In this document: one piece after another, positions 1-9,207 of the stretch
Position numbering within the stretch: position 1 is the stretch's first letter
Layout of the letters: the number at the start of each line of letters is the position of its first letter
NCBI RefSeq assembly: GCF_001029435.1
Contig: NZ_LDOV01000053.1
Coordinates: forward strand, 14,592-38,591
Direction: 5' to 3'
Length of the DNA: 24,000 nucleotides
Origin: Photobacterium aphoticum
GTDB taxonomy: Bacteria > Pseudomonadota > Gammaproteobacteria > Enterobacterales > Vibrionaceae
Translations under genes and position numbers: made by a program
Notes under the pieces: model-generated
Told to the model about the DNA's origin: nothing
Database searches by the model: none
The model's input: only the letters and a program-made list of their open reading frames with translations

Positions 1-85
1 AAGAGCGGCTCGAAAAGACGGCATCAGAAGATCCGCATACCATCAAAAGCGCGACATCAAAGACGCACTGATTGGTTTAGCTCGA

Positions 86-661
86 TTACACGTTAACACC
101 GTGCTCACGTGCCAATGCCGCTAGGCCGCCAGCAAAACCTTGACCCACAGCTTTGAATTTCCAATCACCATTGTGACGGTATAGCTCACCAAAGATCATT
201 GCCGTTTCAACAGACGCATCTTCAGACAAGTCAAAACGTGCGATTTCAGCGTTGTTATCGCTATTCACAATACGCATGTACGCGTTAGACACCTGACCGA
301 AGTTCTGGCTACGCACGTCAGCATCATGAATGGTCACGGCAAACACCAGTTTCTTCACTTCTGCTGGCACTTTATCAAAGCTGACAGTCACAGTTTCATC
401 ATCGCCGTCACCTTCGCCGGTGCGGTTGTCACCGTTGTGAACCACTGAGCCACATGCACTGGTGGTGTTGTTGAAGAAGATGAAGCTTGTATCAGACAAA
501 ACTTTGTTGTCATCGCCAACCATAAATACAGAACAGTCCAAGTCAAACTCTTGACCATCTGTTGCGCGTGCATCCCAGCCTAGGCCAGACAGTGCCACTT
601 TCATGGTTGGGGCTTCTTTGGTAAGAGAGACGTTACCGCCTTTAACTAATGAAACAGCCAT
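86..661 (-). CDS. terE: TerD-family tellurium resistance protein TerE
   Basis: 191 aa from the internal ATG at 661 ([42 protein letters not shown]...; [13 protein letters not shown]; [12 protein letters not shown]), strongly TerE-like. The ORF track start at 706 is an upstream extension. Confidence 0.95.
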   Translation of the reverse strand: MAVSLVKGGNVSLTKEAPTMKVALSGLGWDARATDGQEFDLDCSVFMVGDDNKVLSDTSFIFFNNTTSACGSVVHNGDNRTGEGDGDDETVTVSFDKVPAEVKKLVFAVTIHDADVRSQNFGQVSNAYMRIVNSDNNAEIARFDLSEDASVETAMIFGELYRHNGDWKFKAVGQGFAGGLAALAREHGVNV

Positions 662-761
662 GTTCATTCCTTTTTGATGACAATTAAAATCAAAATACGT
701 GTACATTCACACGCAATGCGGGGAAGTTGCCCTCCCCCTGTTTGTTACTCATTAACAGCAA

Positions 762-1340
762 TTAAGACGCGTTGATGCCATATTGGGCACACATCGCGCC
801 AAGGCCGCCGCTGTAGCCTTGACCTACTGCACGGAATTTCCACTCACCATTGTGACGGTATAACTCACCAAAAATCATAGCGGTTTCCGTTGAGGCATCT
901 TCCGTCAAATCGTAACGCGCCACTTCCACATTGGTGTCTTCATTCACAATACGCATGAACGCATTGCTTACCTGACCAAAGCTCTGACGGCGCGTCATCG
1001 CATCGTGGATAGTGACAGTGAAAGCAATCTTCGTCACATCCGTGGGTACGTTATTCAACTCCACGATCAAGGACTCATCATCCCCGTCGCCTTCACCGGT
1101 ACGGTTATCACCGGTATGCACAACCGAGCCATCCAGAGAACGCAGGTTGTTGTAAAAAATGAAATCATTGTCGTGACGGACGCGGCCCATGTCTGACAAC
1201 AGGAACGCTGAACCATCAAGGTCGAAGTCCTGTCCGTCTGTGGCGCGTGTATCCCAACCCAGCCCCACGCGAACACGCACAAGGGATGGATCGGTTTTAC
1301 TCAGTGAAACATTACCGCCTTTAGATAATGAAACGCCCAT
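762..1340 (-). CDS. terD: TerD-family tellurium resistance protein TerD
   Basis: [46 protein letters not shown]...[14 protein letters not shown]...[11 protein letters not shown], TerD hallmark residues including the Ca-binding-type acidic motifs. Confidence 0.95.
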   Translation of the reverse strand: MGVSLSKGGNVSLSKTDPSLVRVRVGLGWDTRATDGQDFDLDGSAFLLSDMGRVRHDNDFIFYNNLRSLDGSVVHTGDNRTGEGDGDDESLIVELNNVPTDVTKIAFTVTIHDAMTRRQSFGQVSNAFMRIVNEDTNVEVARYDLTEDASTETAMIFGELYRHNGEWKFRAVGQGYSGGLGAMCAQYGINAS

Positions 1341-1372
1341 TCATGTCTTCCTTTTCATTTATCAACTTGGCA

Positions 1373-2419
1373 TTAAGCCGGTTTAGAGGTCTGTTCTTCG
1401 TCTTTCTTCTCAGGGAAGAGATAGCTGGCCAGTACACCCGCAACCAACACCGTGATCACCACAATCAAGCTGGTGGTAGCAGAAATGGTGTATTCATGGC
1501 CGAACAAATGAGAGGTCGCATTGAGGCCCAACTTACCTGCAATGAAGAACAACAATGCAATCACCGCTTTTTCAAGGTGGATCAGGTACTGCTTCATGGC
1601 TTCGAGAACGAAGTACAAGGTACGCAAACCCAAAATGGCAAACATCATGGCGCTGTAGACAATCAATGGCTCACGGCTGACCGCGATCACGGCCGGTACC
1701 GAGTCAAACGCAAACATCACGTCAGACAATTCCACCACCGCCAGACACAACAACAATGGCGTTGCGTAATATTTCGCCTTGCTAGTGCGGCCAACGGTCA
1801 CGTCTGCGTTCTCTGGTTTTGCCAGTTCTTCATCAACGTCTTTTTGTTTGATCAGGAAGTTATTACCTTTGATCTTTGGCCATACCGGAAACAGACGCTT
1901 CACTGCGCGGTACGCCAAATGCTGGGAATAATCTTCCACTTCGTCTTCCTGATCACCGCTGCGCAGCATCATCACCGCCGTCCAGGCCACCATCAGGGCA
2001 AAGACCACTTCCACCCAAGGGCCCAGCGCCAGCAAGCTGGTACCGATAGCGACAAAGATCCCCCGGAACACGATGGCACCGATGATCCCCCAGTAGAGGA
2101 TGCGGTGGCGGTACTTGTCAGGGACAGAGAACCAGGTAAAGATCGCCATGATCACAAACAAGTTATCGACGGAGAGCACTTTCTCCAGGGCATAACCGGT
2201 CACAAAGAGACTAGCAACTTCTAGTCCGTGGTGTAGATACAAGAACCCGGCGAAAGCAAAGGCCACAACAATCCAGAAAATGGACCACATAATGGCGCTT
2301 TTCAGCGGGATCACCTTGTCGTCACGGTGCATGTATAAATCGATTAAAATCGCACCGACTGACAAGCATACAAAGACCAATACGGTCTCAATGGGAAAAC
2401 CGATATGCGTTGATTCCAT
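1373..2419 (-). CDS. terC: TerC family integral membrane protein
   Basis: 348 aa multi-pass membrane protein: ALEKVLSVDNLFVIMAIFTWFSVP...RHRILYWGIIGAIVFRG...VELSDVMFAFDSVPAVIAVSREP. Position in ter operon between terB and terD. Confidence 0.96.
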   Translation of the reverse strand: MESTHIGFPIETVLVFVCLSVGAILIDLYMHRDDKVIPLKSAIMWSIFWIVVAFAFAGFLYLHHGLEVASLFVTGYALEKVLSVDNLFVIMAIFTWFSVPDKYRHRILYWGIIGAIVFRGIFVAIGTSLLALGPWVEVVFALMVAWTAVMMLRSGDQEDEVEDYSQHLAYRAVKRLFPVWPKIKGNNFLIKQKDVDEELAKPENADVTVGRTSKAKYYATPLLLCLAVVELSDVMFAFDSVPAVIAVSREPLIVYSAMMFAILGLRTLYFVLEAMKQYLIHLEKAVIALLFFIAGKLGLNATSHLFGHEYTISATTSLIVVITVLVAGVLASYLFPEKKDEEQTSKPA

Positions 2420-2435
2420 GTTTATAACTACCTAA

Positions 2436-2891
2436 TTACAGATGATATTCATCTGTTGAGAATCCCAATGCCTGGCAAATTTCACGGGCGATGGCTTTTT
2501 CCTGATCATCAAAATCGCCGTCACTTTTTGCCACCGCAATGCCGACACGTAGCGCTAACTGCGCCGCATCCGGCTGATCTTTCAAGCGCATCACATATTT
2601 CATCGCTTCGCCTTTACCGATATCGACATCAAATTCAAAACCGGTTGCCAGCTCATTGAAGAAAGCGATGACTTCTTGCACATCAAACACAGCTAAGTCT
2701 TTTGACTGCTGAATAAAGCCCACCATTTTTTGCTTTTCTTCTGCGCTCGCTCCGTTCGATGCCATGCTGATGCACGCACAGACCGCCACAGTCCCTTCCA
2801 TGAATTTGCGATTTTTAAAACGGCTCACTTGGCTCGCTAATTCACTCTGACCCGCAGAGACTGCATTTTTAATCTTGTTAAAAATTGACAT
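2436..2891 (-). CDS. terB: Tellurite resistance protein TerB
   Basis: 151 aa from the internal ATG at 2891: MSIFNKIKNAVSAGQSELASQVSRFKNRKFMEGTVAVCACISMASNG...AQLALRVGIAVAKSDGDFDDQEKAIAREICQALG. Upstream residues in the ORF track overlap the terA end and are unlikely to be translated. Confidence 0.94.
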   Translation of the reverse strand: MSIFNKIKNAVSAGQSELASQVSRFKNRKFMEGTVAVCACISMASNGASAEEKQKMVGFIQQSKDLAVFDVQEVIAFFNELATGFEFDVDIGKGEAMKYVMRLKDQPDAAQLALRVGIAVAKSDGDFDDQEKAIAREICQALGFSTDEYHL

Positions 2892-2901
2892 AGTTATTTC
2901 C

Positions 2902-4110
2902 TTATTTGCTGCCGGCACGCCACCGGAAACCCCAACCAAATGCGCTGTCTAGCTCTTCGTGTCCGGAGAAATAACGGTCTAAACGCTGCACCGTAATTAC
3001 CCCGTTATCGTTGATCAATCGCGCAACGGCACACATACACTTGGTACGTCCACCCTCGGTCAAGCGAGTTTCTACTGGCGGTTCGTTTGGCACGGTGATC
3101 GTCACCGCACCATCGGTTTTGGTCCAATCCGGTACGCCCTGATAAATGAAGGCAAACACCAGCACTTCCGAAATGTGTTTCCAGTTGTCCCCGTTAATGT
3201 GTAGCCATTCACCGCTCTGAGAGGCCCCGGTGCGATCATCTTCCAGCAAGCGCACAAACGGCGGCCTGTTGAGATCACCAAACCGATTACCCAACGCCTG
3301 CACAATGTCGGCACTGCCATCTTTCATCCGCACAAACGCCCCGAGATCCAAATCCACTCCAGACGAACCAAAAATCCCGCTCAAGAAACCTTGGCCATTG
3401 TGGGTACCACGGTGCCAATTCAAATTCACTTTGATCAGCCCGTAATCCTGGCGTTTGGTTAAATTGACACTCGGATTCTGCTTGGTCAGCGATATCTTGC
3501 TCAGGTTAATCGTTGGCGATGGTGCCTGACCGGCCTGAGCCGCTGTTGATGAAGAAGGCACAGGAGAACCAACAGGCGGTGTCGTTGATGGCGGCGGCGA
3601 GGCAGGCGTTTGATCTTCATCCACCACCACACCATAAAACTCCGCCAGCGGTTTCAAACCACCGTTAAAGCCCTGTGCGACAAAGCGGAATTTCCACTGA
3701 CCATTGCGGCGATAACATTCACCCAAGATCAGCGCCCCTTCCGTTCTGGCTTGCATCTCGACATTCGCCTGAATATGAACCTGTCCAGCCTGCTCGATTT
3801 GAATCGTGATATGGCCCAAGGTAGACACCGTCTGGCCCGGATTGCAGGTACAGGTAAACGCCACCTTCTCGATATTGGCCGGCAGGCGATTCACATTCAG
3901 GGAGTACGAGGTATTCGTGCCTTCACTACGCAGCACCACGGCCTGCTCACGACACGCACGTTGACCGTAAAAGATCATGTCTGCGTCATGGGCCACTTTG
4001 CCATTGGCCTGCAAACGAAACGCAGACACATCGACGGGCTTTCCGGTAAGCACCCGCACGGTCAACTCACCGGCCGGAACCGGTGAATTTCCACCCGCTA
4101 TCAGTAACAT
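2902..4110 (-). CDS. terA: TerA, TerD-related tellurium resistance protein
   Basis: 402 aa: N-terminal TerD-like half (LILGECYRRNGQWKFRFVAQGFNGGLKPLAEFYGV), Pro/Ser-rich linker (ASPPPSTTPPVGSPVPSSS), C-terminal second half (INLSKISLTKQNPSVNLTKR...VDLDLGAFVRMKDGS). Position between terZ and terB. Confidence 0.88.
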   Translation of the reverse strand: MLLIAGGNSPVPAGELTVRVLTGKPVDVSAFRLQANGKVAHDADMIFYGQRACREQAVVLRSEGTNTSYSLNVNRLPANIEKVAFTCTCNPGQTVSTLGHITIQIEQAGQVHIQANVEMQARTEGALILGECYRRNGQWKFRFVAQGFNGGLKPLAEFYGVVVDEDQTPASPPPSTTPPVGSPVPSSSTAAQAGQAPSPTINLSKISLTKQNPSVNLTKRQDYGLIKVNLNWHRGTHNGQGFLSGIFGSSGVDLDLGAFVRMKDGSADIVQALGNRFGDLNRPPFVRLLEDDRTGASQSGEWLHINGDNWKHISEVLVFAFIYQGVPDWTKTDGAVTITVPNEPPVETRLTEGGRTKCMCAVARLINDNGVITVQRLDRYFSGHEELDSAFGWGFRWRAGSK

Positions 4111-4116
4111 GACACG

Positions 4117-4707
4117 TTACACCAGCGCGTTTTTGATCACCGGGATCATGTCTTCCACGGTACGGCCCTGACAAGGCAGCCCGTGCGCCGTGAAGGACCA
4201 GTCACCGCCCTGGCGGGCCAGTGACGCAATCAAAATACCGGAATGTGGACCTTGTTCATTCAGTTTGTAATGACACACTTCCTGCTGACCGCTTGTCGTA
4301 TTCACGACACGACAGAACGCATTTTCGACTTCATTGAAAGTCTGCCCACGGAAGCTGTTTACCGTCACGGCTAAAAATGCCACGTTGCTTGGCAAAGCAT
4401 TCAGGTTCACGTCGATCACTTCATCATCGCCGTCCCCTTCGCCCGTCATGTTATCGCCACGGTGACGCACGGAACCACAACGGGAATTCAGTTGCTGGAA
4501 CCATACAAGATCAATCGGGTTGCCTTGCGCATCAAACAATACGCATGACGCATCCAAATCAATAGAATCTGATCCGCCAAACAGGCCGCCAAAAAAGCCG
4601 GCTTTCTTTTTAATCGGATCCCAACCAAGACCAATAGCGATCGTCGATAACGCAGAACCTGCTGTTTTCGCTAAAGAAACAGATTGATTTTTACTTAATG
4701 AAACCAA
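4117..4707 (-). CDS. terZ: TerZ, TerD-family tellurium resistance protein
   Basis: 196 aa: (M)VSLSKNQSVSLAKTAGSALSTIAIGLGWDPIKKKAGFFGGLFGGSDSIDLDASCVLFD...[15 protein letters not shown]. Start assigned to TTG at 4705-4707, preceded by a good SD (TAAGGAGATTCAC-TTG on the minus strand). The ORF track start at 4872 is an extension. Confidence 0.9.
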   Translation of the reverse strand: MVSLSKNQSVSLAKTAGSALSTIAIGLGWDPIKKKAGFFGGLFGGSDSIDLDASCVLFDAQGNPIDLVWFQQLNSRCGSVRHRGDNMTGEGDGDDEVIDVNLNALPSNVAFLAVTVNSFRGQTFNEVENAFCRVVNTTSGQQEVCHYKLNEQGPHSGILIASLARQGGDWSFTAHGLPCQGRTVEDMIPVIKNALV

Positions 4708-4986
4708 GTGAATCTCCTTATTACGGGTGTAATAACGTCCATTCCATATATCAATAAAAATATCAACAAAGGGTATATTGCTGATAGCTTTAGATAAAAC
4801 ACTTAGCCACGTATACAACCTATGAGGATGTGCCTTTATAGATGTATTCGGTGAGTAAACACGATAATACATTAAATTTTATCTTGTGTTTCCCATTCTA
4901 TTAATGGCTGGAACAAATTTGTGATTATTCACGCAAATAAACTGTATTCGATGTGACAACCGCACCGTTGTATTGATAATCGCCTT

Positions 4987-6153
4987 ATGAATATTTCGCC
5001 CTCTGTCACGACTGAATTATCCACTATGATGAATAAAAGAAATCAACCGCTTTCGACGGGCACCATTGCCATGCAGATTGCCAAAGGTAAATGGCAAGAT
5101 ACTGATTTATTTGAGTTTGCAGAAAGAAAAAACCCGAAGCGCGCGTTCTTATTTGTCAGCAAAATTCTGGGTAAACATATCCCTGTTTCTCCTCGTAAAA
5201 TGCGATCCGCTTATCAGGATTTAGCACAACAAATACCTGAAAATATTCCCGAGCCCATCTTATTTATCGGCATGGCAGAAACCGCCGTGGGTTTAGCGGG
5301 CGGAATATATGAAGAAGCGAGAAAGAAATACCCAAACAGTTTGTTATTAACCACTACACGCCACCCGATTGACAGTGAATTATTGTGTGAATTTAAAGAA
5401 GAACATTCGCATGCTACTGACCATTTGATTTATATTCCTGACGGTGAAAACAAAATATCTTTTTGCACAAAATTTCGGACGCTGATCTTAATTGATGATG
5501 AATCCACAACAGGTCGAACATTTCATAATTTAATTTCATCTTTATTTCATGCCGGTCTTCGTGGCATTTCACAAATATTCACTGTGACTCTGACTGATTG
5601 GTCGGGCGATGTCTTGTCCCACCAGCATGATATGCCTATTACCTCCTTGGCATTAATGCGAGGCCAATGGGAATGGCACCCTGATCCCTCCGCGCCACTG
5701 CCGACCATGCCCAATGTGAATGTGACAGAAAAAGGCGCAGCCATGCTCTCAAGTCGTCAGGATTGGGGACGACGGGGGATGGCAGCCTATGACGGTACAG
5801 GTTGGCTAAACCGTTACAGTGCCTCGCCTGGCGAGCGCATTTTAGTGCTGGGCACCGGGGAATTCCTGTATCCGCCCTTTTTACTGGCCGAACAGTTAGA
5901 GCAGCAAGGGGCAGAGGTGCGCTTTAGCTCCACCACACGTTCCCCGATTGCCGAAGGGTTAGCGATTCAGTCCAGTCTCGCCTTTACCGACAACTATGGC
6001 CTGAATATCCCTAACTACTGTTACAACGTTGCCCATCAAACGTTTGATCGGATCATCGTCTGTACCGAAACCCGCGATTGCGATCTGGATCCGGCGTTCC
6101 TCGCCGCACTCGCCAATGTCGCTACCACCGTGGAGGTCGCCGTGTATGACTAA
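4987..6153 (+). CDS. Phosphoribosyltransferase with C-terminal TRSP-type domain, ter-associated
   Basis: 388 aa with a PRPP-binding signature ILIDDESTTGRTFHNLISSLF and N-terminal PRTase features (ILFIGMAETAVGLAGGIYEEAR). C-terminal region GERILVLGTGEFLYPPFLLAEQLEQQG resembles the ter-associated TRSP domain. Divergent from terZ. Confidence 0.82.
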   Translation: MNISPSVTTELSTMMNKRNQPLSTGTIAMQIAKGKWQDTDLFEFAERKNPKRAFLFVSKILGKHIPVSPRKMRSAYQDLAQQIPENIPEPILFIGMAETAVGLAGGIYEEARKKYPNSLLLTTTRHPIDSELLCEFKEEHSHATDHLIYIPDGENKISFCTKFRTLILIDDESTTGRTFHNLISSLFHAGLRGISQIFTVTLTDWSGDVLSHQHDMPITSLALMRGQWEWHPDPSAPLPTMPNVNVTEKGAAMLSSRQDWGRRGMAAYDGTGWLNRYSASPGERILVLGTGEFLYPPFLLAEQLEQQGAEVRFSSTTRSPIAEGLAIQSSLAFTDNYGLNIPNYCYNVAHQTFDRIIVCTETRDCDLDPAFLAALANVATTVEVAVYD

Positions 6154-6955
6154 GCCCCTGTTTTTGGTTGATCTGGACGACAACCTATTCCAAACCCAAC
6201 GCAAGATGACGCAGAAAGGGCAAACACCGGCTGAAACCGCCGCCCTTGATCGCGCCCTGAAACCTCGCAGTTTTTTCTCACAAGAACAGGCTAACTTTGT
6301 GCATTGGCTGTTGGAACATGCCGATGTGATTCCGGTAACAGCGCGAGGCACCGAAGAAACCGCCCGCGTAACCATTCCCTTTACCTCATGGAAAGTGATG
6401 ACCCATGGTGCGGTGATCACTATGCCGGATGATCAGCCAGATCCTCAATGGCAAGATCAGATCCAAACCGCACTGATCCCTTATCAGCAGCAACTACACG
6501 ATCGTCAAGCCGCGCTGACCGCTGCGTTTAACGCCGCCAATATTGACGCATGGGCGCGCATTAACTTCGAATACGACGGTCAGGCCATCTACTTAGTGGC
6601 TAAACACACCGACAGCAGCAAGATTGACGAATTGTATGCGGTGGCGGATCAGGTCGACCGTGAACTGGGCACCGACGGCTTTTACATTCACCGTAACGAC
6701 AACAATATCGCCTGGCTGCCGCACTGCATTGAAAAAGGCAAAGCCACCCGTTACCTCATCGACAAACTGCGTGCCGACGAGCCGCACAAACCCATTATCG
6801 GATTAGGCGACAGCTTAAGTGACATGACTTTCTTACGTCAGTGCTCCTGGTTTGGCATGCCGCCACACAGCCAGTTGTCCAAACCGCTGTTGGATTTTAT
6901 CGATGCCGAACACGGCTCAACTCAACCCACAACGACCAAGTGGAATAATGTATGA
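6146..6955 (+). CDS. HAD-superfamily hydrolase, ter-associated
   Basis: 269 aa from the ATG at 6146 overlapping the PRTase stop. HAD motif I FLVDLDDNLFQT, motif II-like PVTARGTEE, motif IV IGLGDSLSDMTFL. The track start at 6029 lies inside the upstream gene. Confidence 0.88.
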   Translation: MTKPLFLVDLDDNLFQTQRKMTQKGQTPAETAALDRALKPRSFFSQEQANFVHWLLEHADVIPVTARGTEETARVTIPFTSWKVMTHGAVITMPDDQPDPQWQDQIQTALIPYQQQLHDRQAALTAAFNAANIDAWARINFEYDGQAIYLVAKHTDSSKIDELYAVADQVDRELGTDGFYIHRNDNNIAWLPHCIEKGKATRYLIDKLRADEPHKPIIGLGDSLSDMTFLRQCSWFGMPPHSQLSKPLLDFIDAEHGSTQPTTTKWNNV

Positions 6956-8031
6956 CGACGTTTTCCGGTGCTTATTCACCCAACGATATCACCTTTCTGC
7001 TTACACCTATCGACATGGTCATGACCTCGGTGGAAGAAAAGGAACGGTTAATCCAATCTGGTCAGGCACATTACTCAGACATGCTCAGCCAAGAGCCGGC
7101 ACCGTCTGACGAACATTTGTCGATTTATGCTCAAGCCTTAGCCGACGGCGAACAGCGTCTGGCGAAAGAAGTGATGGTACTTGCCCTACAACTGCGCGAA
7201 CACTTTGCCGATAAACCGGTGGTGCTGACCAGCTTGGTCCGTGCGGGGGTGCCTTTAGGGGTCATGCTGCACCGTGCGTTGCAACAACTGGGACACCCAT
7301 CTTTTCACTATGGGATCAGCATTATTCGTGACCGGGGCATTGATGACAAAGCCCTGTCTGAAATAGAAGCCAAACACGGTACAGACAGCATTGTGTTTGT
7401 CGATGGCTGGACCGGAAAAGGAGCGATCACTCGTCAGCTCACCGCTTCTTTATCACAGCGTAAAGGCTATCCCGCTCAACCGCGCTTAGTGGTGTTGGCG
7501 GACCCGTGTGGTATGGCATGGATGAGCGCATCTGATGAAGACTGGTTGATCCCGTTTGGTATTCTCGGCGCGCCGGTCTCCGGTTTAGTGTCTCGCTCGG
7601 TATGGGCCAGTGAGGATTATCACGGCTGCGTCATTTGCGATCATCTGGCTGACTATGAATGCAGTCGCGCACTGGTGGATCGCATCAGCGCATTGCAACG
7701 CAGCTTACACTCACAGGCTATCGACACCCTTACATGGCAAACACCGTCGCACGACCACCACACCACTTTGCAAACCCTCTCACAGCAAGTGTTAGACGAT
7801 TTGCAACAGGCTTATCAGGTCGACCATATCAATCGCATTAAGCCGGGCATTGCCGAAGCCACCCGCGCTGTATTACGCCGGGTGCCAGATCATGTGCTGG
7901 TGCGAGACAAGCAAGATCCGGATGTCAAACTGCTGGTGCATTTAGCCGAGAAAAAGCACATCACCGTGATTGAAGCCGGTTCACGCCTTGGCCAGTACCG
8001 CGCCACGACAATCATCAAGAAGGTATTATGA
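6952..8031 (+). CDS. StiP-family / PRTase-like protein with C-terminal PELOTA-like domain, ter-associated
   Basis: 359 aa. ATGA overlap with the HAD gene. SLVRAGVPLGVMLHRALQ and IVFVDGWTGKGAITRQL are PRTase-like signatures of the StiP family. C-terminal ~80 aa (HVLVRDKQDPDVKLLVHLAEKKHITVIEAGSRLGQYRATTIIKKV) fits the small basic PELOTA-like RNA-binding module. Confidence 0.82.
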   Translation: MTTFSGAYSPNDITFLLTPIDMVMTSVEEKERLIQSGQAHYSDMLSQEPAPSDEHLSIYAQALADGEQRLAKEVMVLALQLREHFADKPVVLTSLVRAGVPLGVMLHRALQQLGHPSFHYGISIIRDRGIDDKALSEIEAKHGTDSIVFVDGWTGKGAITRQLTASLSQRKGYPAQPRLVVLADPCGMAWMSASDEDWLIPFGILGAPVSGLVSRSVWASEDYHGCVICDHLADYECSRALVDRISALQRSLHSQAIDTLTWQTPSHDHHTTLQTLSQQVLDDLQQAYQVDHINRIKPGIAEATRAVLRRVPDHVLVRDKQDPDVKLLVHLAEKKHITVIEAGSRLGQYRATTIIKKVL

Positions 8032-8960
8032 TGAAGCACTCCCCTTACGCGTTAGGCGCCACCTTGTACATGCCCGCGACACGTGATGACATTGTTCAGG
8101 TCGCGCTGCGCAATAAGATCCCGCATCTGCGTTCGATGGTGATTTGCCTTGAAGATGCGGTGGCCGATCACGAGGTTGAACAAGCACTCGCTAACTTAAT
8201 CACGATCACCCGCCAGTTAGCGACACACCGTCGTGATCATGAACAACCGATCATTTTTATCCGCCCAAGAGATTTAGACATGGCCGCCCACATTGTGGCG
8301 CACTATGACTTAACCGGTATTGATGGGTTTGTGTTCCCGAAATTTACCTTAGCAACCCTGCCCGAATGGGAAGCGATCACCGCCTCTACCCATTTGATGT
8401 GGATGCCGACGTTAGAAACCCAAGAGGTGTTTGACGGGCAAGCCATGCAGCAATTAGCCAATGCCTTGCATGCTAGCCCGATGCGGGATCGGATCATTGC
8501 ACTGCGTATTGGCGGTAACGATTTGATGAGTATTTTAGGAATCCGCCGCTCTCGCCATGCGACCATCTATGAAGGGCCGCTCAATTACGTGATGAAAATG
8601 CTCACCTGCACCTTTGGGGCCAAAGGCTTTGCCCTCACCTCGCCGGTGTTTGAACTGATCGATAACGTGGAGCTGCTCGAACAAGAACTGCAATTGGATT
8701 TGATCCACGGCTTAGTCGGCAAAACCGCCATTCACCCAAGCCAAATTGCCTGCATTCATGAAGCCTGGATGGTTGACCCGTCAGAATATGAAGACGCAAT
8801 CCGCATCATCAACAGCACACAAGCGGTGTACCAGCATGGCGGCGCGATGTGTGAGCCCGCGACGCATCGGCAATGGGCGAAAAATATTTTAGAGCGCCGT
8901 CAGTTGTTTGGCTTGCGCACACCCGAAGCGGCCAATGCCAAAGAGTTTGTTCATCTATAA
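8028..8960 (+). CDS. HpcH/HpaI aldolase / CitE-like C-C bond lyase, ter-associated
   Basis: 310 aa. ATGA overlap with the StiP-like gene. LRSMVICLEDAVADHEVE, PIIFIRPRDLD, GLVGKTAIHPSQIACIHEAW are CitE/HpcH-type motifs. Confidence 0.88.
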   Translation: MMKHSPYALGATLYMPATRDDIVQVALRNKIPHLRSMVICLEDAVADHEVEQALANLITITRQLATHRRDHEQPIIFIRPRDLDMAAHIVAHYDLTGIDGFVFPKFTLATLPEWEAITASTHLMWMPTLETQEVFDGQAMQQLANALHASPMRDRIIALRIGGNDLMSILGIRRSRHATIYEGPLNYVMKMLTCTFGAKGFALTSPVFELIDNVELLEQELQLDLIHGLVGKTAIHPSQIACIHEAWMVDPSEYEDAIRIINSTQAVYQHGGAMCEPATHRQWAKNILERRQLFGLRTPEAANAKEFVHL

Positions 8961-9207
8961 TCAACCTTTCTCATGCCAACAGCTAATGCAGAGTCAGTGC
9001 TTTCTCCCTCTCTTGAAACACTGGCTCTTTTTCTTTTGTGGCAAATGATTAACCCCATTGATTCAATCAACAATCACTCCATCGAAAAAACTGACCAAGA
9101 TGGTCAATGTCATGCGGTTTTCTGTGGTGTGTCATACGCCTACACTCACAGACAGAGACGATAGAACAAGCTCACAAACAGAAAATCGACCAGCAGGAGA
9201 CAGCATT

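Noticed and set aside
1-85. Possible end of a neighbouring gene at the left window edge
   Set aside because: All plus frames run for a short distance before stops and no motif is recognisable in 85 nt. Not enough to call a feature.
1328-2224. 298-aa plus-strand ORF
   Set aside because: Lies almost entirely antisense to terC, with H/Q/R-rich composition and no recognisable domain. Best explained as a shadow ORF of the real coding strand.
3610-4086. 158-aa plus-strand ORF antisense to terA
   Set aside because: Fully overlaps well-supported terA; no homology-like motif.
5959-6420. 153-aa minus-strand ORF
   Set aside because: Antisense to the PRTase/HAD genes, no signatures.
8973-9164. 63-aa plus-strand ORF between the lyase and pirin genes
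   Set aside because: No recognised domain, no good ribosome-binding site noticed; likely noncoding spacer.
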